A DNA stretch of 64,000 nt, from contig OZ287694.1 of NCBI GenBank assembly GCA_965649825.1, forward strand, positions 2,430,902 through 2,494,901, written 5' to 3'. The position numbers and the translations under genes are program-made. Positions 49,959-61,222 of this stretch are shown here, in pieces. The DNA is from Penicillus capitatus. Taxonomy: Eukaryota > Plantae > Chlorophyta. The number at the start of each line of letters is the position of its first letter. Position 1 is the stretch's first letter. The notes under the pieces were generated by a model that was not told the origin of the DNA, made no database searches, and worked only from the letters and a program-made list of their open reading frames with translations.

Positions 49959-52207
49959 TTACACGTCGTCTACATTTTGAAAGGGTCTTCGCTCCAAGCT
50001 CGTCTGCACAAGAGAGGTCGAGAAATCGACTTCAATGAACTAGATAACATCTTGTCCATCGCGAACGCGACAAATCCTCGTGCGCACCTCGCTTGCTGGC
50101 GATGTACTCCTCGACTCTGATATGCTTTGACGCAGTTGGTGATTTGTTTCGCGAAGGTCTTCGAGCTCGTGGCGAGCGACGTCGACGGATACTGTTGTTT
50201 CCTCGTTACCCATAGGACGAATGATGATAATACTCCCGGACGTCAAACCACTCTACGCGACAGCCGTCCAGAATCGGACGCTTTTGGTCATCGGTGCTCA
50301 CTTTCGCGACCGTCTGCTGATACGCTCGAAGACGTGTCACCTGCTTCGAAGGATGTATAGCAAAGAAACAGCAATCCATCATCTCCAGTCGCTCATCGAG
50401 GCCACAGAGATCGGTAAAGCAGAGAACGTGAAGCTTAGCGCTTTTGCGAGTAAAGACGCTACCGATGTACTGCAGGCTCTTCTCGGCGGGGTCCAGGATC
50501 ATGCCGAAGACGAGGATAGAAGTTCGAGGCCATCTCGGAAAAGATGCGTCGATGTCTTCTCTGAAGTAAAACGTGAGCGTCGGATGCTCGTCCTCGCTCG
50601 CGTTATGGCTCAGCTCACCGAGACAGAGATTCAGATCTTCCAGGTCATCCAAGCAGACAGCGCAAGAAAAAACGCCGTTTCTTCCAGCGGGACGCAACCA
50701 TATGGTGCACTGGGCCGCACGGGATTCGGCATCCTGTTCAATCTACGCGAGACACTGTCCACGACGAAGCGAAACGAACGGTGAAGTGCTGACCATATCG
50801 CTGACTGTGTCCAGTGACTCGGTCGCTGGCAGGATGTACATCTTGCTCTTCGGAATCTTGAACATCGAGGACAGGCCGTCTTTCTTTACCTGCTCTCGGA
50901 TGCGGCTGTCCGTTATGACTTCAATAGAAACCCTCGCCTCTTCGAACAGTCTTATCTTGCCGATGAAATCGGGAGGCGGTCTCGAAATCAAAATTCGCAG
51001 TCCAAATGTTAGCCAACCGTTGCGCAAGAACCCTTTGTCGTTTTCGTCGAAGCTCCCGCGAAATGAAGCCGTCGGAATCTTAATCTGCCAGCCTCTTCCC
51101 TGTTTACCTACACACGACCAATCTCTATGATGCACGAAGATAGAGGCGAGCGCGCGTTCGGAAACTAGTCGCCGCCACTTTCTTCGCGCTCTCTATCGGT
51201 TCTTACTTGCAGCGACGCTTTTCTCCGGAGAATCCCGGTTGAACATAACGACGCGGAAGTCCACCGTCAAATCGTCCAAGTCCGGAGGGATATGCAGGAA
51301 GAACGTCTGACACCAGCCCTGGCGCTCGACCATCCACAGACCCCTGAGTCAGTCGCCTGCAATGACCCCAGTAGGAAGAAGGGACGCACCACTTCCGTTG
51401 TCCGAACACGAACGTCTTCGTCCAGTACTCTCCGCCGTCATCGCCGCCGCCAGTCCCCAAGATCGGCATGACGGACCACTGCATACGGCCGGACATAAAA
51501 ACGCACATAGGAGAGAGCGTCGTCACTTTGCCGCACGCTTCTAAACCCCGTTCGAAGATGCTGAACTCCTCGCGGCCGCTGTTCTCGAACTGCATATGGA
51601 ATTTGAGAACTGCAAACTCATCTCGGACGACTCCCAAACGGCTCTTCTGAATCTTCCCACCATACCGTCTTCCACGTTGGAGGCGGACATGCTTGCCTTC
51701 GAACACTCGACAGATCCACAGAACCCTGTATGGATCCGAGAGACGACACCTGCTACAGCTGATGGATCGTTAATCCACCAATAGCATCGAGACGACGGAG
51801 GCGTCCTTTTGTCATGAAAGCTGAAGTAAGCCTCCAGCTCGTCGTCTGTCGCGGATGTGATGTAACCCGTCCTGTACGTCACATCACATGGAGGTTGTCA
51901 GAGGGGTTGTGGTGGCGAGCAGCTGATCAGCGAACCATGTCAGACCGAGAAACGAAATGTTTTCTGTCTCAAGCATCTCCCCTGGAGAGAGCAAGAGTTC
52001 GTTCGGCACTTCTAACTGCACAGGGGAGTCAAGGGAAGGGATAGAGTGCAAATCATGTGGCATACCAGAACGAGAGCCTTCTCTCCACCGAATTCCTCCA
52101 CTTTGAATTCATACTCTGTGTATTTCCAAGTCCCGGAGCCTCCGCGTCACGATTTTATTCGTATGGAGATGGAACGGCGTTGGATGCTTACCTGAAGTCG
52201 TCCGCAT
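49959..52207 (-). CDS. MATH-MATH-UBL protein derived from USP7/UBP12 without catalytic domain (paralogue A); multi-exon
   Basis: Micro-exon ATGCGGACGACTTCAG|GT. MATH motifs (LETENISFLGLTW; YWTKTFVFGQRKW; GFLRNGWLTFGLRI), EEARVSIEVITDSRIREQV and SILVFGMILDPAEKSLQYIGSVF (USP7 UBL1-2-like). No USP Cys or His box. Confidence 0.72.
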
Positions 52208-53163
52208 GTCGGTGCACAGGGAGTCGAACGGGTCCGAAATGAAAAGGCAGTGCGAACAGAGGTGCAAAACAACGAAGCTTGAGTCGTCGCCTCCTGCGAC
52301 GGAGGGTTGGGCCTGTGTGCTCGAATGAACTGTACGAATGACCACCACCAACAGCGCAGCGTGATCCAGCCCGTCCTTTTCTGACATCATCCAAGACATC
52401 GACAGCATCGAACTCTTCGGCAGAGCAAACAGGCGAATGCTCACACGAGAAAGGAGATAAGCGAACTGGCGAAGAGACTCCGTTGTCTGGAGCTGCCATC
52501 GGCGCGGCGAGATCACCCGCACGCGATCCGTCGCGTCCAATGTTTGAGATCTCTCTTCGATCGCGAAAGCGTCGTGTTGACGACGTCGTTCACATCCGAA
52601 TGCATCGCTCGCGATACGCACACAGCGACGATAGACGGACGACTGTGCGTGTCTTGGCCGTGTCGTCAATGTTGTCTGCGAGGTACTCAGATTCTCGTCA
52701 GTTTCTGTAACCTCAGGTACTGCTGTCTACCGAGTCATCTATCGTTGTTCGACCAACCTTTCGATCGCATAGAAAATCAAGACACGTGACGATAGACGTC
52801 AGTGTTCGGCGCAAAGATGGAACTCCAGATGCCCGTCGTCACCAAGTTCGTTTCCACGAGGCACTTCTGGATCTCCACGATTCAACACAAGATGAGAGGG
52901 CGCTCTGTATTCATCGGACAAAGAGGGCGAAGGTGAAGACGCGAGATCCGATTGCCTCCGTCGAAGAGATACCGAAACTGACTGGTGTTGCGATGGTCTG
53001 TCACATCGAATGTCGCCGTCAGTATAACCTTTCGCGAGAATCCGACTACCACTGAATCGATCATCCATGCTTTCCCCTTCATAGCTCGTCGGTTACGGTC
53101 TGGTCATCGTGGCTGCTCTACACGGCAGACTCTTCTATTGCGAATCGCCTTTTCGCGTTCGAA

Positions 53164-56100
53164 ATGCAAGTCGAAGGTACGTCGTCGCCATTGCCAGCAC
53201 TGCCACGTCCAATGCCTGTCGAGTACAGAGGGAAATGGATTATCTAACGAAATCGAATATTCTTACACACTGAGCAAACACGAATGGTACGCCACTTACG
53301 AGGTGACCCGCCGTGTCCCTTCTGTCACGCTGAGGCTGCCATGTGCAGTTTCGCGTCCATTATTCCTTGCTTGATGACAACGGTGGCAAAGTGGAGACGA
53401 AGACCTTCGAAGTCGACGGCCAGAAATGGTGAGCAGAGGCGATTGGCTGTATCCTCTGAATCTCGCTGTTACATGTTTGGAGGTCGGTGGTCTTGTCATG
53501 CACAAAGAATGAAGAGTTGATCGCGGGACTCGTCCCACGGGACAGGTCGCGACGGAAAGTCTCCTTCACTTTTACACTTGTTAACCATGACGACACGGAC
53601 AAAGACGTCACGCGAGGTGTGTGCTACGTCACATCGGCAAGGAATGGATTGGAGTCCGTTCTTTAATGTGTCAGTGGCTTATGGAGACTTCAGGATTCCT
53701 TACAGGGGAATCAAAGCGGCTCCAATCCCCAAGTCACTCGTCTTCCATCAAGATCCACCCTCAAGCTTTCTCAGAGATAACTTCCTGACGATGCGACTGG
53801 AAATGAGAGTGAGGGGACGAGAGAGTGAACAATGGAAGGTCGTTGTCGATGAAACGGCGACCACCGTTTGCAACGTAAATCCTATTCTCACTCTTTTCGG
53901 AAGAGTGATTCTTGGTGATGCAGTGGAGAATTCGATATCTGCGGGAGTTGAGTCCACGCGTCGTCCAGTCGAGTGTATTCGCTGTGGGAAATTGCAGAAT
54001 GTAGGGTCCCTCACTCATCACCTCCATCCACTCATCTCACTCTTCTGTTGTTCTCAGGAGAATGATTCTCATTCATGACGTATCACCCGTCGCTTCTGGC
54101 GGCATGAGTGTGCTTCTCGAAAGTGTGTCCCATCCCTATTGTTGCTTCACTGGAGAATTGCTCATTACGAATCACCGTTCTCGCGAAGACAATCTCGTGA
54201 CGAGTCTCGATCCCTGCACTAAGTGATGTGACTGACTGTGACGTTTCTCTGTGGCAAGGGATCTCGGAGTATTTCGATGAGGCTTCCGGAAGAAGCAGTG
54301 TTAAAGTACTGGACTGCTGGGAGTCATTGGACGAGGCATCTGGTTTTGCAAACGACGGCTGGATGAGCCTGTCGATCAAACTCACTCAACGGAATCCAAA
54401 GAAACTGGCACAGAACGTGCTGCACATGTGGAAGCAGACCACTTCGGAACGGACGTCTAAGAAAGACGCGGCATCGTTGTGGACGACAAAAGGTATTGGT
54501 ACCACGCTCCTGGCTCTCTCGTACCATGCGCGTTGCAGAGGGCACAGGATGCAGCAGTGGTATTCCTTATGCCTATACTCTCAACACAACTGAATGGTTT
54601 GCCTCCTATTCGGTGAGCTTATGGATATGTCATCGTCCATGAGGCACCACACGTGTGGTTCTGTCTGTGGCAGTGGTGCGTACATCGTTCCCTTCTGGAC
54701 AGAAGTGGTGTAGGAGTAATCACGAAGACATTCTATGCGAATGGCCGAAAGTGGTGCGCACCAAGATGCACATCTGCTTTATGTGTGCAGGGCTATCGTT
54801 CAGGCAGGTCGGTGTGAGAAAGGCCGAAGATGAAAGCATAGAAGCTTGCCTGGTTTCAAAGGAGAGCACGCCCGTAACCGCTCATGTCGGCGTTGCTCTT
54901 GCCAACTTCCGCAACGATGTGCACTTTATCCATCCAAGTAGGGGACAAGCCCTTCCGTGCACCTTGGATGGTACCGAACGACGGTTTTGGTTGTGGCACA
55001 GGCGATTGCGCCATCTTTGAATCTCCCGGGCGTCCTTGGGTGCACAAGATCCTTTTCTCCGATCGGATAAAGGAACCGGGATCTAACCTGATGAAAGGAG
55101 GGTTCTTCATTGTCTTCATGGACATGAGACTCAAAGTGCCAAAGAACGAGATCTGCGATATTTCCATCACAAGAAACGTCGCGGCCTGTCAGGTGCTTAC
55201 GGCACAGATGTGCTGTGGGGAACGATGGCATGTTTGTCTTGTAGTGGAGGCTGAAGCCCCTTTCCGAAACGAAACTCAATTTTGTGTCCACTCCACGATT
55301 CATCATCGGCGACATCGAAATGTCCGCGACGTTGCCGATATCGCAGTACAGGACTAATGGGTGTTTCTTATGGCGTTCACAGGGAGATTGGCTTGTATCA
55401 TTGTGAAGTCCGGGGTCACTCATGGGTGTTGCTTCACAATCTCAGCAACACACCCATTCGCGCAAAATGCGAAGCCCGTGCCAAAAATCGTGACCACTCA
55501 AACAACCGAGTGACAGGCATGGACGATGATGTCACTCTTCTTTGATCCAACTGATCATGGTATCTCTGTCGCAGATGTTGTCGGATCACTCTTTCCGGAT
55601 GATTGGAAAGAAACGCGGGTTTTCCTCACTACTGCCGAGCTGGAGAGAGAAGACATGGGATTCGTGAAGGATGGCTGGATGGATCTTTTGATCAGGGTTG
55701 CTGTACTTGGCACCGAAGGCACAAATCCGGTCACCACATCTCACGTTGCGGACCCCTACGTCATCCGTCCTCAACGTCGAGTGCTTGATCCTGAACCGGG
55801 AACGCTGATGCGTGTGAGAGGTATGTTTGTCCGACAGTTACCTTCGCTGTCCTACAGTGGAGGTCTGGACCAGAGGGCGCCGGTTCATGCAAAGACATAC
55901 AATACAGCTACACGCTCAACAAACACAAGTACTATGCCGTTTACGAGGTCCGTTACTTCAAATCCCCGATCGATATCATTTCATTGCCGTGTGCAGTGTC
56001 GCGTGCACCGTTCTCTATTGAACAGCACAGCCAAAGTGATATGGACGGCGCCTTTTGAGTTGGACTACCGACAATGGTGCATTCCAGAACGCCTTATCAA

Positions 56101-57842
56101 CCATCGCCCCTACTGATGTCATGCATTCTGTGCTTCAGGCGCATCGGAATGCGACGCGAAGTGAACGGCCACTTGACAGCCTGTGTCAAGAATGTGGATG
56201 TGACGCGACTGACGGCGCACATCTGTTTGACTCTTGTGAATCACCGGGATGACAAGAAGAGCCGATGCAAAGGTAGAGAAATCTGCCCCTCGTCCAATCG
56301 ATGATAGAGTTGTCCCCAGGAGCACTTGCTTCGTTCTTCCCGGCGGCCTTTAACGACACGCATCACTTTCAGCTCTGTCATGCCGAAGATGCAAAGGATG
56401 TCTCTTTGGGCTGCTTGAAAGATGATTTCTTTTTGGTGCGAGCGGAGATTCGTCTCAAACTGCCGAACAATGAGCACTGGACAGTTTCTGTTAAGCGAAA
56501 GACGGCAACATGCGAAGTACGCAGAGCAGTCGATAGCCTCGTCCGGGAAAGTGATGCGTGTCATGTGTCGGGTTCGCCAGTGGAGGCTGAGAGATGTGGT
56601 GGCACTGTGTCCACAGTTGCTGACCTCTCAAACATTCCGCATCGGCACAACGGCATGGTGCGAATGGCCACGTCTTGCATTCTGGCTCTCGGTATAAGAT
56701 CTTGTTCTTCTGCAGGAGCTTGGTGCTCTACCAAAAAGGAACGGAATCGTGCTCCGAGGATTTTGCATTGTGCATCTACAACGAAAAAGCCCGTGCCCTT
56801 CGAACAAGATGTGCGTTGAGGCTTGTCAGCAACGAATCTCCGAAGAAGGACAAAGTGAAAGGCAAGTGCTAAATGTATAACTCGACAGGAGAGCTGATCT
56901 TTGCTGTCATACAGTGCTTAAAGAGACCATCAAGGCGAAAGAAAACCGACTGCTCTGCGATCTTTTCAAGAGCGAAGAGCTGTCGGAGAAGTCCTGTCAG
57001 TTTGTGGAGGACGGCTGGATCACTCTGGTCGCGGAGATCACGCTTTTGGATGAGGAGATGGTTCCGCAGTGCACCTCCTGCAAAGACAGACCGCTGTGCT
57101 CCGTGCGTCACGGCAACACGTACATCGTCTGCATTGTTCTGTCGCCGCTGGAGGCGTTTCGGTTGCGCAGGAAGCATCTCTGTTACTGCCTGGACTGTGC
57201 CAAGAAGGCCAGGGAAGCGATTGATGACCATCAGGAACTCAAGTGCCCAGTGTGTCAAGAAGTGGTGGAGAGGGTGGCGATGGAACACGGACCGTACCTT
57301 CCACGTTGTCCGACATGCGAGATCAACCCTACATGTGCCGTTCAGCACAAAAACACGTACGATTTCATGTCCTTCTGTCATCCAGCATCTGCTGTCCTCG
57401 CAGGACACACCTGTGCTACTGCACGCCGTGTGGAGAGAAGCTCGCCCAGAGGTTGAGGAGCGGAAGTGCCCAACACTGTCCTTTCTGTATGGAGCCAGTG
57501 GAAGGCGTCATCATGAATGCCGCTCCGTGGAAGACGGCGGCGGAGAGAGAGAAAATCGCGCAGTGCCACTACTGCAAAGCAGACGTTCCCACATGTGCCG
57601 CGTTCCGCAGAGACCCACACGGAAAGCGATTCAGAGCCTCGTTGGGCACCCAATGCTCTGCCGGCAAACATACATGCCTCTGCAGGGAATGCGCCCGTAG
57701 ACAGCTTCATGAAATTCTCACAGAGAACCAGAAGATCGAGCGTCCAGCCCGTGCCCAACCGGCAGGCCAGATTCTTATCATCGATGCACCCGAAGAGCTC
57801 ATGACACGTGGACGTCGAAGATCTCAGAGTGATGCACAATAA
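53164..57842 (+). CDS. Multi-MATH protein (about 5 repeats) with two complete and one degenerate MDM2-type RING at the C-terminus (paralogue D); multi-exon
   Basis: Micro-exon ATGCAAGTCGAAG|GT. Repeated MATH ends (FLRDNFLTMRLEM, GFANDGWMSLSI, GFVKDGWMDLLI, CLKDDFFLVRAEI, FVEDGWITLVAEI). RINGs CTSC..HGNTKHLCYCLDCA..CPVC and CPTC..HKNTTHLCYCTPCG..CPFC. Central exons only partly resolved. Confidence 0.72.
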
Positions 57843-58518
57843 ATCCCGTTCGAATAAGTCATGAGATCATCATCCATGGATTGTGGGATCTGGAGTCATG
57901 CCAGTCTGAGTGCGTGTGTGACGTCCTCATCTGTGAAGTATCCTTCCCATCCGCCTGTTTATTCTTCATTGCTGTCGATGATTATGACATTCTAAGCTGT
58001 GGCGCAAAGGATTTTGAGGAATGGCGCCATCCAAACGCCTTTCTGATCAGTTCTTTGCATCCGTTGCTGATAATTCTCTATTTTGGTCCATTTTATTGTG
58101 ATTTGTCACAAACGCCTGAAAATCAAGCTGTTATTGAGCACACATATATCAATCTTCTAAAAATCTTCCGAAAGGACGGTTGCATAAATCGCTGGCGTCC
58201 TCCAGAGAATTCAATGAAATCCATCAACGTCCTGCCTTGTATGATTATTTGCCATCTGTATTAAGAGCAAGAAGACGATTTCTCTCTGCCCTGTCGTCAG
58301 GAGATCATCATTTTGCTATGACAGACTGCCACAGATCCCGTCCAAGCAATGCGTACACTGAGCACAGACAGCGCAGATCTGTCATGCATGCCGATCACAG
58401 AGCTTTTGAGATGGAGACGCTTTCTTCACGGCAGGTAAAGCAATTAGCAATTAAATGAGAAGGACGACGCCGCGCCGTTAAACTGACGACCGTCAATTGG
58501 CAGACACCGAGGCGTTGC

Positions 58519-60915
58519 CTAGAAGATCTTGGTAACCAGCCCGGTGTAGGGTTCCAAGCAAACTGGACATTGGTGGAACTCTTCTGCATACAATCTCCGA
58601 GCGCATTCCTCGCACGCACAGATGTGGACCCTACACATACACACCAACTAACCGCGGAACATACGGAGAGCAGATCTGAAGTGAACGTTTCCCCGTGGTA
58701 GAAGCCGGATGTCTGCGGGTTCTCTTGACAGACGACGCAGAGAATGTCTTGTTTAATGGACTGAAAACAATGACATAGATCGTCAACGTATGGTGCAATA
58801 GGAGGATCATCACGAGCTTACGTCGTCAAGAGGTGCACTGACGATCTTTGGAGCGTGATGGGTATGTCCGTTCAGATTCTGAAGCTCTTGACAAAATATG
58901 GCAGCATTGATGGCCTCATCTTCTTTCAGTGGTCGAACGATGATCACACTTCCTGATATTAGTCCACTCTGCAGTCCACAGTATATCTCCTGATCGATAT
59001 CCTACAGTATTTAGACGCACTTCTTTCACAGTTTTCTGAAAGGAGCGTATCTGCACAGCGCAGTTCTCAGACTGCACAACAAAGAAAGAGCATTCCATAT
59101 CGTGCACTGTACTGCAGAGATCGTTCATATCAGTAAAGCAGACGGAATAGAGGTTGGAGTCCTCGAGTGTCAGGATACTCCCAAGTACTCCAGCTTACCG
59201 ACCCGGGGATCCAATAACATGCAAAACAGAAGGACAGAATGTCGGCAACGCCTTGTGGGTAGACCGCCTGATTGCACATAGAAAACCAAGACGTTATATA
59301 TGTCGAAGTCCACCAGCCACGACAGCTCGCAGAAACGGAAATCAAACTCTTCCACTAACGCATCCACGCAAAGAGCCTTGAAGATTTCATCTCCCTTTGC
59401 ACAGAGAAGCCAGACGGTTGATTGGGATGGATCCCAGCTTGCATCTCTCTGAATCTGCAGAGAAGACAATTGCTCCATCCATGATCTGGTCTCCGGAGGA
59501 TACCAGTTGTTTCATCGTACTCAGTGGCCAGAACGGCGCGGCACGGTAAGCGGGAGATGTCTCTGTGCTAAAGACATCAATCTTCGCTGTTGTCGCCACA
59601 TGTTGTCCGATCGTTTTATCGGTGAGAACTTCGATCCCACAGGGTCGTTCAGAAGGCGAAGAGAAGTCTCCCATGAATCTCATTGGGAGATTGCCGACGA
59701 GAATCATTCGCAGTGCAAATTTTAACTAAGGTTTATGCTCAGCATGCTCTTCTTCCGTTTCTTTACTGGGAGGAGGTTGTACAAACGAAAACTGAATGCC
59801 CTGTCCTTCTGGATTCTGATTTCCTACAAGCATCTCGCCATACTTAACGAACCAATCGTGGCCGATGTGTTTCGCCGCCTCCGATGTGTATCATACATTT
59901 CCGTTCCATCGTTTGGATCTCAATCGTTCCGTAACTCGAGCATGGTACGCACTTTGAATATTGCTCTGTTCTAGAAACGATGGATTGATGAGGAGCGCCT
60001 GGCACTCGATCGCAATGGGGTCCATAGTTGACAGATCCACAACGTCAAGTATCATGTTGCCACAATCTGCATGATGCAAATGAAGTCCCCTGACCCCATT
60101 CACAATTGTCACGCACGATGACAAGGGAAAGAAACGAACGGACCATTCTCTTCCATAGGAGATAAATCGATCGGTCAAGAAGACTTTGATGCGTGCATGT
60201 CGTTTCACTCTCCACTGCAACAACTCAAATCTCCAAAGCGGCGCTCTCGTACGGTTATACCACGCAACACGTATCAATGACTCCTCGGTAAACCGTGAGT
60301 TCTTCATCCCATGACTGAAATCGCAGACGGGATTCGATCGTAATGAATCCATCGTTTGCTGCAGGACTTGGAGGACAAATCCCTCCGTAACAACCACCCT
60401 GTACAAGTGGAGACGAAGCACCTGTGGAGAAGAGCGCCAGAATGGTGATGGTCATCGAGGAGGCGAAACCTGGAATGCAGACAGGTCGGACAAATTTCCA
60501 ACAGCATCGCAGCGATTGACAACGGCTAACAGGACTGCACAGACGCCAGACTAGCTCGATACTTTCATCCCTTTTGGTCGTCACACATGCCTTCCTGCAC
60601 GTCACATCTTTGCAATGGAGTGAGAACGAAGACGAACCAGTCATAGCCGGAAAATGCTATCTCTTCCGTTTCGAACGCAACGTCGGGCGTTTCCAGCAGA
60701 TCTTCATGCACCAAGACCTAGAATGTCTACGGCGAAGGGTGAGCCATGGATGGTTGAACGTACGGTGAGGCTCATTGTCTCCCATGATATTCGTTTTCCC
60801 TGTACCGCGTATTCAATGCCTCTCCATTCGCCGAGTTCTGCACAAAAGAGGTTAAGCGCAAGTCTGAGATCGCTCTGTTCTGTTCCGTTCACTTACGGAA
60901 CACATCAGACGACAT
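58519..60915 (-). CDS. MATH-MATH-UBL-(MDM2-type RING) protein (paralogue B); carries a frameshift and stops that may be spliced out, so possibly a pseudogene
   Basis: Homologous exons to A and C (FETEEIAFSGYDW, GIEVLTDKTIGQHV, SVLLFCMLLDPR), ending CVVCQENPQTSGFYHGETVHICACEECARRLYAEEFHQCPVCLEPYTGLVTKIF. One base is missing in the C-run at 59180-59182. Confidence 0.68.
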
Positions 60916-61222
60916 TCTCGCGAAAGGAAGTGCACAGCAGCGGAAGTTCGGATGCCTTTTGCAGTGTGTATCAACCGTATGCGATGATTTTCCATTCTTG
61001 GACTGATTTGATGTGACATCTGACGATCTTTGTCCAACTGTGGAGATGTGCCAATCGTTTCCGACTCCACTGATGCGTCTCATGACATCGTCAACGTGAT
61101 GCGTGACGTCCGACGATGACGCATCTGTGCTGTGAAGGGACGACAACCTCAGCGTTCTCAACATTTCATTTCATTTCTGTCTCTCTCTACGAGCCGGCGA
61201 CGGAAACGAGTCGTCGTCTAAC

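Noticed and set aside
52210-53160. Extra gene between paralogues A and D
   Set aside because: Only short overlapping ORFs with no motifs; treated as the shared upstream region.
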